Assembly: GCA_964630905.1 (NCBI GenBank) | Contig: CAZVWR010000006.1 | Coordinates: forward strand, 6,232 to 70,231 | Source: an uncultured Spirochaetales bacterium | GTDB taxonomy: Bacteria; UBP6; UBA1177 | Reading direction: 5' to 3' | Length of the DNA stretch: 64,000 nt | Notes under the pieces: generated by a model | Databases searched by the model: none | Told to the model about the DNA's origin: nothing | What the model saw: only the letters and a program-made list of their open reading frames with translations | Part shown: positions 36,486-45,942 of the stretch, in pieces | How positions within the stretch are numbered: the stretch's first letter is position 1 | How the letters are laid out: every line of letters starts with the position of its first letter | Position numbers and translations under genes: made by a program

Positions 36486-37772
36486 TTATTCAACTTTTTC
36501 AAATATTGCAACAGTAACTGTTCCCCATGAATCAGTGAGTTCTTCAACAGAATAGAAAGATATATAAGGCGACGAAACTGAATCGATGGAGATCTTGGGA
36601 TTTATATCGTGACTTTCTGTTCCGAATACTTTTCCGTATAGAAGCCTGGTTGTAGTAGTGTTAAAAATTCCAAGAAAAATGTTGTTCTTTGCCGGAAGAT
36701 CACTGCCGACGGGCGGAATTTTTCCACCTGTAATAAAATCACCTTCAACATATCCGGTTATGTAAATATTCTTTTCAGCATCAAAATCCATACCCGTTGC
36801 GACCGAATCACTTTGAGCCGGAAAGCTGTATATAGCTTTTATTTTTCCATCGAGCCCCATCTGGTAAGTTACAGCAACACTTTTTCCTTCTTTTTTCATG
36901 CTTCCTGTGACAAAGAACGAGTAGATGAGAGGGGCCGATATTTTCCAGAAATTGATCGAATCATACATTTTTTTCCAGTGGGCTGATCCATCAGGCTTAA
37001 ACTTTATTACAAAACCTTTCATGCCACCGGAATCATTGGACGCCCCTCCTGTGACAATATTGCCTCCAGAATAACCTGCCGCAAGAAGATAACCGTCGCT
37101 TCCGATAGTCAGACCCTGAACGGAATCAAATTCCAGTGTGCCGAACTGGGTTATAAACTGTTTTTCCCCTTTATTGTTATATTTTGCGACGAAGCAGTCC
37201 TTTCCACCTGACTCTTCAGTTCCATCAAAAGATCCCTCGACTCTTCCACCGGCAAAAATGTTCATTTCGCTGTCTGTTGTTAGAGCATATACCGAAACTG
37301 ATTTTCCGTTATCGATTTCGATTGTATCTATTAATGTGCCGGTTTCAGGATTAAAGCTCATAACGAATCCTGTCTGGGGAAATTCTGTCCCTTTTGAACG
37401 GTCTCCCCCTGCAAACAGAAAATAGCCGCTTGTCTCTTTATTTCCGCAGGCGAGGACATTTATTGACTGAACTGACTGATCGTCAAGAAATATGCGCCAC
37501 TTTTCTTTTTTGTCCTTAAAACCTGTAAGATAGGCCTTACCATCCGACTCTCCGCAAATGAACACCATTCCGGCACAAGATACAGAATCGCGGACGGTTT
37601 TTTCGTTCAGTTCAGCGGTTTGTAAAGAAAAATCTAAAGAAATTTCTTCATCAGCGATATCAACATCAGCGACATCTTCATCGTTAATTATGTTCCCGTC
37701 ATTTTCGCTGTTGTTATCTTCACAGGAAAATATCAGAGATGTAAAAATAAGGATCATGACAAGATATTTCAT
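36486..37772 (-). CDS. lipoprotein with SBBP-type beta-propeller repeats
   Basis: 428 aa. Lipobox LIFSC and an acidic linker. Repeats such as GGKDCFVAKYNNKGEKQFITQFGT...D.V.GLTIGSDGYLLAAGYSGGN are typical of SBBP propeller blades. Confidence 0.7.
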   Translation of the reverse strand: MKYLVMILIFTSLIFSCEDNNSENDGNIINDEDVADVDIADEEISLDFSLQTAELNEKTVRDSVSCAGMVFICGESDGKAYLTGFKDKKEKWRIFLDDQSVQSINVLACGNKETSGYFLFAGGDRSKGTEFPQTGFVMSFNPETGTLIDTIEIDNGKSVSVYALTTDSEMNIFAGGRVEGSFDGTEESGGKDCFVAKYNNKGEKQFITQFGTLEFDSVQGLTIGSDGYLLAAGYSGGNIVTGGASNDSGGMKGFVIKFKPDGSAHWKKMYDSINFWKISAPLIYSFFVTGSMKKEGKSVAVTYQMGLDGKIKAIYSFPAQSDSVATGMDFDAEKNIYITGYVEGDFITGGKIPPVGSDLPAKNNIFLGIFNTTTTRLLYGKVFGTESHDINPKISIDSVSSPYISFYSVEELTDSWGTVTVAIFEKVE

Positions 37773-37790
37773 TGAAAAACTCCGGAATGT

Positions 37791-40700
37791 TTATGAATCG
37801 AGCGTGCAGCCCTCATCTATCTGACCGTTACAGTTATTGTCTTTTTCATCACAAATTTCAGGTTCCGGAATGCAGCCGGGAGGAGGAGGACAACCTTCAT
37901 CAATTTCACCGTCACAATCGTTATCTATTCCGTCTTCACATATTTCAGCCTCTGGAACACAGACATCGCAACCCTCGTCAATGTCACCGTCACAGTCGTT
38001 ATCTTTTGTGTCACAGCTTTCCGGTTCAGGGACACATGTCGGATCGCATCCTTCATCTATCTTTCCATCGCAATCGTTGTCTTTGTTATCTCCGCATATT
38101 TCAGGGCTTGGAATACATGTCGGGCAACCTTCGTCCACATTACCGTCACAGTCATTATCTGTTTTATCCCAGCAGATTTCCGGTTTCGGTATGCAACCGC
38201 CGCTTCCAGGGCATCCTTCATCAACAGATCCGTTACAGTCGTTATCTATTCCGTCACCGCAAACTTCAGGACCTGTCGGGACACAGCTTGGGGTACATCC
38301 TTCATCGATCATGCTGTTGCAGTCGTTATCTATTCCGTCACCGCAAACTTCAGGACCGGTGGGAGTACAATCAGGAGTTGTCGGGCATCCTTCATCTATC
38401 TGTCCGTTGCAATTGTTATCTATTCCGTCACCGCAAACTTCAGGACCTGTCGGGACACAGCCGGAATAAGTGCAGCCCTCATCAACTATGTCATCACAGT
38501 CATTGTCAAATCCGTCACAGACTTCAGGCTGAGGAATACAAGTCGGACAACCATTGTCAACAATTTCGTCGCAGTCATTATCAAGTCCGTCTCCGCAGAT
38601 CTCCGGTTCGACAATACATCCGCCCGGATCGCAGTTTTCATCGATCAGTCCGTTGCAGTTGTTGTCAATGCCGTCATCACAGACTTCGGGGCCTGTCGGA
38701 ATACATGCAGGACATCCATCATCAATGATTCCGTCGCAGTCGTTATCAGTATTATCTCCGCAGATCTCCCATCCGCAGTCACATGTTATTCCGTCATCAA
38801 CGAGTCCATTACAGTTGTTGTCCTGATAGTCACACACTTCATTTGTCGGGGTGCAAGTAACCTTACATGCAACTCTAATGTTTACACCTACTTTGGAAGG
38901 ATCACTTGAAGAAGAAGCATAACTCTTGAGGTCGTTGCATGACTGTCCATTCAGTTCAAGAGTCTGTGTTCCGCCATCATATGTCCATCCGTTCGGAGTC
39001 CCGGGTGCTACAGAATAGAAAGTTCCGTTATTATCAATTCTTACCTGCATTCTTGTCGGGTCGTCGTTGCCTCCGTTAAGAGGAACTGTGACAGTGCACG
39101 GTATCATGGAGGCAGAAATTGAATTAAGTGCCGCAATGATGCTGTTGGTGTCAGTGATCTTATACCATGTGGTTGTTCCGCCTGCCGCAGCAAGTTGTAC
39201 CATATTGCTTTCGTTAACTCCTGCAAATCCCATATAATAAACTTTTATTCCGGCATTTTTAAGATTCGTTGTGTAAGTCAGTGCGTCAGACATACTGAAA
39301 TCGGCTGATTCAGCGTCTGTAATGACAACAACTGCCTTTCCTCTATCTGCAGAAAGGGTATCAGGTGTAAATTCGTAGTATTGTCTGATCCTTGTGTTGT
39401 TAAGTGCATAAGGAAGCGGTGTTCCTCCGTTAGGGGAGACATTGCACGGACTAAAATTGGCAAATGTAACATTATTTCTTAGATCGATACACTCTTTCGG
39501 TTCATCACTGTCACTGCTTGTTCCCGGAAAGTATGCTGCTCCGACATTAAAATCTGTTGAGAGCTGAGTGGCTTTTGAATTAAGAGCAGACATCAGCACT
39601 TCCCATCTGGTTCCGGGATCATTGCATTCACCCCATCCGTCATCTCCGTTTGTGCAGGCATCCATCGATCCCGAATTATCAAGAAGGAAGTAAACATTGG
39701 GCTTGATCCTTGTTCCGGTGACATCAGCGGTTTCACAAGGTGTCGGGACAGTTATTGCTTCACAGGCATCACCGATCCCGTTTGCAGGATTTGTGTCAAC
39801 CTGATTAAAGTTTGCTATATTGGGGCAGTTGTCACAGACATCACCCACACCGTCACCGTCTGCATCAGCCTGTCCTGCATTTGAAACTTCAGGGCAGTTG
39901 TCATAAGGGTTTTCAACTCCGTCACCGTCAATATCATTGTCATACGGTTCCTCTTCACAGGCATCACCGGTTCCGTTACTGTTTGAATCTGCCTGATTGA
40001 AGTTCGCGGCAAGAGGACAGTTGTCACAGACATCGCCTACACCGTCACCGTCAAAATCAGCCTGTCCTGAATTGCTTACGGATGGGCAGTTATCAACAGA
40101 ATTAGGAATAGTGTCTCCATCGCTGTCAGCACATGCGGAAGGATCCTGATTTGCATTTGCAACAGTAGGACAGTTGTCGCACACATTGCCGACTTTGTCA
40201 CCGTCGCTGTCTTCCTGATCCGCATTGGCAAGGGTCGGGCAGTTGTCTTCCCAGTCATAAAGTCCGTCATTGTCTCCATCTGCATCAGCACAGACTGTCG
40301 GATCCTGATCGGCATTCGGAATTGCAGGACAGTTGTCACAGGCGTTGCCGACTTTATCTCCATCTGTATCAAGCTGATCAGCATTGGCAACGGAAGGGCA
40401 GTTGTCTTCCCAGTCAAAAAGCCCGTCTTTATCCGAATCAGCCGCTTCACAGGTCGCTATATCCTGATTGGCATTCGGTATAAGAGGACAATTGTCGCAT
40501 GCGTCACCGACACCGTCTTTATCTGTATCTGTCTGTGAAGGATTTGAAACCGTCGGACAGTTGTCGTCCCAGTTGACAAATCCGTCACCATCGACATCAA
40601 TTGTTGCAGATTCACAGGCATTACCTGTTCCGTTGCTGTTACTGTCTGCCTGATTGGCATTTGCAATTGCAGGACAGTTGTCACAGACATTTCCCACCCC

Positions 40701-42440
40701 GTCCTTGTCTCCATCTTCCTGTCCGGGATTATAAACATCTGGACAGTTATCGTCCCAGTTGTAAAGTCCGTCGTCGTCAGGATCTGCATCTTCACAGGCG
40801 TCACCGATACCATTGCTGTTTGAATCTGTCTGAAGAGCATTAGCGATCGGAACGCAGTTGTCACAGGCATCGCCTATTCCATCACCGTCAGTATCTGTCT
40901 GAGCGTCATTGGAAACAGTCGGGCAGTTGTCATAAATATCATCTATACCGTCGCTGTCGCTATCGGTAACAGCAGGTTCACAGGCATTTCCAGTGCCGTT
41001 GGTGTCATCATCAAGCTGGTTGTAATTTGCCACATTTGGACAGTTGTCACAGACATCGCCGATCCCGTCTTTATCTGTATCAAGCTGATCATTGTTTGCA
41101 ATATCCGGACAGTTGTCGGTAGCATCAACAATTCCGTCACTGTCGCTATCGGTATTAAGCGGACTTTCCTGACAGACATCACCCATTCCGTTGCTGTCAG
41201 AATCAAGCTGATCATAATTCGCAAAAAGAGGACAGTTGTCACATGCATCTCCAAGAAGGTCGCCGTCGCTGTCTTTCTGGTCAGAATTCGGAACTGTCGG
41301 ACAATTATCAGCACTGTCAAGGATACCGTCGCTATCTGTGTCAACATTCTCACAGGCGTTTCCTTCTCCATCGGTATCATCATCAAGCTGATCGGCATTT
41401 GCAACGGCAGGGCAGTTATCACAGGCATCACCCACACCGTCACCGTCTGAATCGACCTGACCGGGATTATGAGTGTTTTCGCAGTTGTCAGATTCGTCAG
41501 GAATACCGTCCCCATCCTTGTCATTGGGTTCGCAGGCGTTCCCTACACCGTTTCCGTCATAGTCAAGCTGTTTTGAATTTGCTACTTCAGGACAGTTATC
41601 GCAAATATCACCGATTCCGTCTTTGTCAAGATCTTCCTGATCCGGATTGGATGCATATCTGCAGTTATCATTAAAATCAAGGATTCCATCCTCATCTGTA
41701 TCAACAGGTTCACAAGCGTCACCTACATCGTTGGAATCCGAGTTTATCTGATCGTGGTTTGCTGTATAGACGCAATTGTCACATACATCACCAATGCCGT
41801 CACTGTCTGTATCAAGCTGATCTGAGTTTTCGATGAAAGGGCAGTTGTCAACAAGATCTCTGAATCCGTCATGGTCTGTGTCAAGAAGGAGTGTATCGTT
41901 CTGGCAGACATCACCGACACCGTCCTTATCTGTATCGGTCTGTTTAATATTGGCGTGATTCGGGCAGTTGTCACAGACATCACCTTTTCTGTCTTTGTCA
42001 GCATCGAGCTGGTCGGCATTTTTGATGTCAGGACAATTATCATTGCAATCCATAATCCCGTCACCGTCTGTATCAAAGTCAAGAACATCGCATCCGCAAA
42101 TTCCGGGATCTGTTTTTTCAGGATTGTCGGGACAGAGGTCGATTATGTCTTCATCTGTTTCAACAATATTGTCCGGGTCTTCATTGTCAACAGGTTCATC
42201 ATCATCCGGAATAACCTCGTTATCTTCAGGCTGATTATCATCTTTTTTCACAGTATCCTTGTCGGGAACTGTAACTTCATCATCTGTTACAGGAAGGGAG
42301 TCTGACGAACCTTCATCATCGGTAATGTTGTTTGTGTCATTACCGCCTGTGTTGTCATCAACCTTGCTTTTTTTCCCGCTGTCACAGGATGCAAAGAAAA
42401 TAATTGAAAAGATTACAATAATAAAAGAAAGTTTCTTCAT
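37791..42440 (-). CDS. giant lipoprotein: thrombospondin type-3 repeats + vWA domain + MopE-like DNDCDG repeats
   Basis: 1549 aa. Lipobox FFASC. By my count, 26 DNC-containing TSP3-like units (DxDxDGxGDxCDNCPxxxNxxQxD). vWA MIDAS YFLLDNSGSMD. 13 C-terminal units of the type CxPxPEICGDGxDNDCDGxIDEGC. Confidence 0.85.
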   Translation of the reverse strand: MKKLSFIIVIFSIIFFASCDSGKKSKVDDNTGGNDTNNITDDEGSSDSLPVTDDEVTVPDKDTVKKDDNQPEDNEVIPDDDEPVDNEDPDNIVETDEDIIDLCPDNPEKTDPGICGCDVLDFDTDGDGIMDCNDNCPDIKNADQLDADKDRKGDVCDNCPNHANIKQTDTDKDGVGDVCQNDTLLLDTDHDGFRDLVDNCPFIENSDQLDTDSDGIGDVCDNCVYTANHDQINSDSNDVGDACEPVDTDEDGILDFNDNCRYASNPDQEDLDKDGIGDICDNCPEVANSKQLDYDGNGVGNACEPNDKDGDGIPDESDNCENTHNPGQVDSDGDGVGDACDNCPAVANADQLDDDTDGEGNACENVDTDSDGILDSADNCPTVPNSDQKDSDGDLLGDACDNCPLFANYDQLDSDSNGMGDVCQESPLNTDSDSDGIVDATDNCPDIANNDQLDTDKDGIGDVCDNCPNVANYNQLDDDTNGTGNACEPAVTDSDSDGIDDIYDNCPTVSNDAQTDTDGDGIGDACDNCVPIANALQTDSNSNGIGDACEDADPDDDGLYNWDDNCPDVYNPGQEDGDKDGVGNVCDNCPAIANANQADSNSNGTGNACESATIDVDGDGFVNWDDNCPTVSNPSQTDTDKDGVGDACDNCPLIPNANQDIATCEAADSDKDGLFDWEDNCPSVANADQLDTDGDKVGNACDNCPAIPNADQDPTVCADADGDNDGLYDWEDNCPTLANADQEDSDGDKVGNVCDNCPTVANANQDPSACADSDGDTIPNSVDNCPSVSNSGQADFDGDGVGDVCDNCPLAANFNQADSNSNGTGDACEEEPYDNDIDGDGVENPYDNCPEVSNAGQADADGDGVGDVCDNCPNIANFNQVDTNPANGIGDACEAITVPTPCETADVTGTRIKPNVYFLLDNSGSMDACTNGDDGWGECNDPGTRWEVLMSALNSKATQLSTDFNVGAAYFPGTSSDSDEPKECIDLRNNVTFANFSPCNVSPNGGTPLPYALNNTRIRQYYEFTPDTLSADRGKAVVVITDAESADFSMSDALTYTTNLKNAGIKVYYMGFAGVNESNMVQLAAAGGTTTWYKITDTNSIIAALNSISASMIPCTVTVPLNGGNDDPTRMQVRIDNNGTFYSVAPGTPNGWTYDGGTQTLELNGQSCNDLKSYASSSSDPSKVGVNIRVACKVTCTPTNEVCDYQDNNCNGLVDDGITCDCGWEICGDNTDNDCDGIIDDGCPACIPTGPEVCDDGIDNNCNGLIDENCDPGGCIVEPEICGDGLDNDCDEIVDNGCPTCIPQPEVCDGFDNDCDDIVDEGCTYSGCVPTGPEVCGDGIDNNCNGQIDEGCPTTPDCTPTGPEVCGDGIDNDCNSMIDEGCTPSCVPTGPEVCGDGIDNDCNGSVDEGCPGSGGCIPKPEICWDKTDNDCDGNVDEGCPTCIPSPEICGDNKDNDCDGKIDEGCDPTCVPEPESCDTKDNDCDGDIDEGCDVCVPEAEICEDGIDNDCDGEIDEGCPPPPGCIPEPEICDEKDNNCNGQIDEGCTLDS

Positions 42441-42487
42441 TGAATTCCCCCGAAATAAACAATATTATAATTTCTTATAGCACATAA

Positions 42488-42515
42488 ATATTATTTCTAT
42501 CTTTATTTTTGTCAA
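42488..42515 (-). promoter_or_regulatory. putative sigma70-type promoter of the minus-strand secretome operon
   Basis: On the minus strand: TTGACA (42515..42510), 16-nt spacer, TAATAT (42493..42488), about 48 nt upstream of ATG 42440. Confidence 0.3.
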
Positions 42516-42520
42516 GTAGT

Positions 42521-43225
42521 CTATAGTTTGTTGAAATCTATAGTGTTTTTCTTTGCAGCTTTTGAAATTGTTTCAATGAACTCTTTTCTGCTGATGAATT
42601 CAGCTCCAAGTGACTTTAAATGTTCAGTTTCGACCTGACAGTCAACGATGGGGCACCTTGCTTTCTCAAGCACTTGCATAAATGTTATGAAAGCCGCTTT
42701 TGAGGCGTTTTCGTATATTGAGAACATGCTTTCTCCAAAAAAGGCCTTTCCGAGCATCACTCCGTAAAGTCCTCCGGCAAGATTACCGGTTCCTGCCACC
42801 CATGCTTCAACGCTGATGGCGTATCCGAGCCGGTGAAGTTCATTGTACGATTTTTCCATCTCATCTGTAATCCATGTACCTTCCTGTCTAACCCGTACCT
42901 CATGCCGGCAGCGGCTTATTACTTGAGGGAACGCTTTGTTGAAAGTGATCTCGAAAACCCCTTTTTTGAGCAGTTTGCCCATGCTTTTTGAAACATGAAC
43001 TTTTTCAGGGAAGATCACAAACCTCGGATCAGGCGACCACCAGAGTATTTTATTGCCAAGATAGTTGAACTTGCTGTTTTCCGAGTACCACGGGAATATT
43101 CCTGATCTGTAGGCAAGAAGAAGCCGCTCTGGAGAAAGATCTCCGCCTATTGCAAGAAGTCCGTCGGGTTCAGAATGTTCAACAGGTGGAAAATCTAAAA
43201 TGTCAGGAGAAAGGGCATATATCAT
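42521..43225 (-). CDS. aat: leucyl/phenylalanyl-tRNA--protein transferase
   Basis: 234 aa. LLLAYRSGIFPWY, WWSPDPR and FFGESMFS motifs. 4-nt overlap with clpA. Confidence 0.85.
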   Translation of the reverse strand: MIYALSPDILDFPPVEHSEPDGLLAIGGDLSPERLLLAYRSGIFPWYSENSKFNYLGNKILWWSPDPRFVIFPEKVHVSKSMGKLLKKGVFEITFNKAFPQVISRCRHEVRVRQEGTWITDEMEKSYNELHRLGYAISVEAWVAGTGNLAGGLYGVMLGKAFFGESMFSIYENASKAAFITFMQVLEKARCPIVDCQVETEHLKSLGAEFISRKEFIETISKAAKKNTIDFNKL

Positions 43226-45480
43226 TTTGAAATGTTTCTGATGACAAGTTCTTCTTTGTTTATGTCAATATTTACAGTCCCCCCTTTCCTGAGTTTTCCG
43301 AAAAGTATTTCATCAAGAAGGAGTTTCTCCATTTTCTCTTCAACGATCCGTGCTGTTTCTCTCGCACCGAATTCCTTGGAAAAACCGATAGTTGAAAGAT
43401 GTTCAACCGCTTTATCCGTTATATTTATCGTAATCTTCTTTTCAGCCATGCGGATTCCCAGTTCACGGATATTTTTCAAGACGATATTTTTAACGATCTC
43501 GGGATTAAGCGGCTGAAAATAAACTATGGAATCAAGACGGTTCCTGAACTCAGGCGAAAATGTTCTGTTCACTGCATCAATAAGTGCTGACGATTCAAAT
43601 TTTCTTTCGCCAAAACCAGTCATGGCTTTGCCTATCGATTTTGCTCCTGCATTGGAAGTCATTATAATTATTGAGTTTTTAAAGTCAGCTTTTCTTCCGG
43701 CACTATCAGTAAGAGTTGCATAGTCCATTATCTGAAGCAGAGAGTTGTAAATATCGGAATGGGCTTTTTCTATTTCATCAAGCAGTAACACACACGATGA
43801 CTGTTTTCTTATCGCTTCTGTCAGCAGGCCCCCTTCTTCATATCCGACATATCCCGGAGGTGCTCCGAACAGTTTTGCAACAGTGTGTTTTTCCTGATAT
43901 TCGCTCATGTCGAAACGGTGGAGAGGGAGTTCAAGTTTTTTTGCAAGAACCCGTGCAAGTTCAGTTTTTCCAACGCCGGTCGGACCTGCAAAAAGGAATG
44001 ATGCGACAGGTTTTTCAACAGGCTTAAACCCCGCCATGCTCCTCTTGACTGCTTTAACAACATTTTCAACGGCATTTGACTGACCGAATATTTCACTTGA
44101 TATTTCAGTTTCGAGGTTTTTAAGTGCTTTGAGCTTGTCAACGCTGACAGTATTCTCTTTCTTTCCTGTTGCAATTGCTATTACCTGTTCTATCTGCTCT
44201 TTCTTTATTGTTTTCAGTGGGTTAGTGCTCATTGCGTTGAGAGATCCCGCTTCGTCGATTATGTCAATGGCTTTATCGGGAAGAAATCTTTCGGAAATGT
44301 ATCTGCTTGAAAGTTCAGCGGCCGCTTTCAATGCATCATCGTGGTATTTAACTTTGTGAAACTGCGCATAGTTTTTGGACAGACCGCGAAGGATCTCAAT
44401 AGTCTGAGCGATCGTCGGTTCAGGAATATCAATCTTCTGGAATCTTCTTGTGAGTGCCGAATCCTTTTCAAAATGTTTTCTGTATTCATCATAAGTTGTC
44501 GCTCCGATGAACTTTATCAATCCATCTGTAAGAAGCGGTTTGAGCATATTTGAAGCGTCAATGCTTGAGCTTCCGGCACTTCCGGCACCGACAAGTGTGT
44601 GAATTTCATCAATAAAAAGGATAAGATTGTCAACTTTCTCAAGGGCGGCAATTATCTTTTTCATTCTCTCTTCAAAGTCACCGCGGTATTTTGTTCCGGC
44701 AAGGACATTGCTGAGATCAAGTTTCAAAATTGTGTGGTTCAAAAGCTGATGCGGCACTTCACCTTTCACTATCATCTGTGCAAGGCCTTCTGTTATGGCT
44801 GTTTTGCCGACTCCCGGTTCTCCCACATGAACGGGATTGTTCTTTTTCCTTCTCAAAAGGACCTGGATCGTTCTTTTTAATATATCCTCTCTTCCTATGA
44901 TCGGGTCAAGTTCATTGTTGGTAGCTTTTTCTGTAAGGTCGGTTGTATATTTTTTCAAAAGTTTTTCAGGACTTATCTCTTTTCTTTCCCGCTTTCCAAT
45001 TCCAGGGATCTCTTCATCATCATCAGCGGAAATATCGTCATCTTCATCGTCTTTTTCCGTTAAACCGTGTGAAACCACAGAAAGCAGGTCATATCTTTCA
45101 AGTCCTTCATTTTTAAGAAGATATGAAGCAAATGATTCTTCAAGGTCATAAATTGCAACAAGGACATCTCCGAGTTCAACTGTCGCACGGTTGGAGCTTG
45201 CCGCCTTTGATGCGGCGTTGTTAAGCATAAGCTGGAATCCCTCAGACTGAATTACTTCTTTTTTTGCCTGAGATTTCGGTATGTTATGCTTGAGGTAGTC
45301 TTTCATCTCCTTTTTGAGGATATCAATGTTAAGCTGAAGCTGTTCAAGTATTTCCAGCCCGTCCGCATCAAAAAGGATGCTGTAGAAAACATGTTCTGCC
45401 GTGACATACTCATGTTTTTCGTTTTTCGCTTCGTAAAAAGCGGAAAGAATTATATTGTTTAGTCTTTTTTCAAGCTGCAT
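43222..45480 (-). CDS. clpA: ATP-dependent Clp protease ATP-binding subunit ClpA
   Basis: 752 aa. Clp N-domain and two AAA+ modules (GEPGVGKTAI and GPTGVGKTEL). No middle coiled-coil of ClpB size. Confidence 0.9.
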   Translation of the reverse strand: MQLEKRLNNIILSAFYEAKNEKHEYVTAEHVFYSILFDADGLEILEQLQLNIDILKKEMKDYLKHNIPKSQAKKEVIQSEGFQLMLNNAASKAASSNRATVELGDVLVAIYDLEESFASYLLKNEGLERYDLLSVVSHGLTEKDDEDDDISADDDEEIPGIGKRERKEISPEKLLKKYTTDLTEKATNNELDPIIGREDILKRTIQVLLRRKKNNPVHVGEPGVGKTAITEGLAQMIVKGEVPHQLLNHTILKLDLSNVLAGTKYRGDFEERMKKIIAALEKVDNLILFIDEIHTLVGAGSAGSSSIDASNMLKPLLTDGLIKFIGATTYDEYRKHFEKDSALTRRFQKIDIPEPTIAQTIEILRGLSKNYAQFHKVKYHDDALKAAAELSSRYISERFLPDKAIDIIDEAGSLNAMSTNPLKTIKKEQIEQVIAIATGKKENTVSVDKLKALKNLETEISSEIFGQSNAVENVVKAVKRSMAGFKPVEKPVASFLFAGPTGVGKTELARVLAKKLELPLHRFDMSEYQEKHTVAKLFGAPPGYVGYEEGGLLTEAIRKQSSCVLLLDEIEKAHSDIYNSLLQIMDYATLTDSAGRKADFKNSIIIMTSNAGAKSIGKAMTGFGERKFESSALIDAVNRTFSPEFRNRLDSIVYFQPLNPEIVKNIVLKNIRELGIRMAEKKITINITDKAVEHLSTIGFSKEFGARETARIVEEKMEKLLLDEILFGKLRKGGTVNIDINKEELVIRNISK

Positions 45481-45483
45481 CAG

Positions 45484-45798
45484 TTACTCCTTTTCGATAA
45501 TACATTTCAGCGGAAACCCGCTTTTCTTAGCCTCGCTTTTCACCTGATTAACTTTTGTCAGTGCGATATCATAAGGATAAATTCCTGCGATCCCCTGACC
45601 GTTATGATGTATATTAAGCATGATCTCTGTCGCTTCAAGAGGGGACTTGCTGAAAAATTTCTTCAGAATATCAATGACAAACTCCATTGTCGTATAGTTG
45701 TCATTCAGCATTATCACCTTGTACATCGACGGCTTTTTCACTTTGCTCGCCGGACGGCTTTTGAGTTTTGTTGTCCCCTCAGGTGTAAGGCCTGCCAT
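45484..45798 (-). CDS. clpS: ATP-dependent Clp protease adaptor ClpS
   Basis: 104 aa. The core MYKVIMLNDNYTTMEFVIDILKKFF is typical of ClpS. Immediately upstream of clpA. Confidence 0.9.
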   Translation of the reverse strand: MAGLTPEGTTKLKSRPASKVKKPSMYKVIMLNDNYTTMEFVIDILKKFFSKSPLEATEIMLNIHHNGQGIAGIYPYDIALTKVNQVKSEAKKSGFPLKCIIEKE

Positions 45799-45859
45799 TT
45801 GTCACCCCGTTAAAAAACGGAGATTTCTACCACAAATCCCTGATTTTGTAAATATTTCA

Positions 45860-45889
45860 ATTGTATGAGTTGATAATAACAACTTGCAA
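45860..45889 (-). promoter_or_regulatory. putative sigma70-type promoter for clpS-clpA-aat
   Basis: On the minus strand: TTGCAA (45889..45884), 18-nt spacer, TACAAT (45865..45860), about 60 nt upstream of clpS ATG 45798. Confidence 0.35.
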
Positions 45890-45942
45890 TTTCTGTTTAA
45901 TACTTTAAAATTTATCCAGCTTTAAACATTTTGGAGGGAACA

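Noticed and set aside
37772-38728. 318-aa and 210-aa plus-strand ORFs (37772..38728, 37837..38469), plus many 60-190-aa ORFs in other frames across 38.5-42.3 kb
   Set aside because: They are shadow ORFs created by the stop-poor, highly repetitive GAY/TGY/AAY codon composition of the giant TSP3/MopE gene on the minus strand. Their translations are low-complexity (H/R/C/S or S/P/Q runs) with no start context.
37800-42100. Regular 70-110-bp sequence periodicity that at first glance resembles a repeat-spacer array
   Set aside because: The periodicity lies inside one uninterrupted 4.6-kb reading frame and corresponds to protein repeats (TSP3 and DNDCDG units). The repeat units are degenerate and there are no cas genes. 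It is not a CRISPR.
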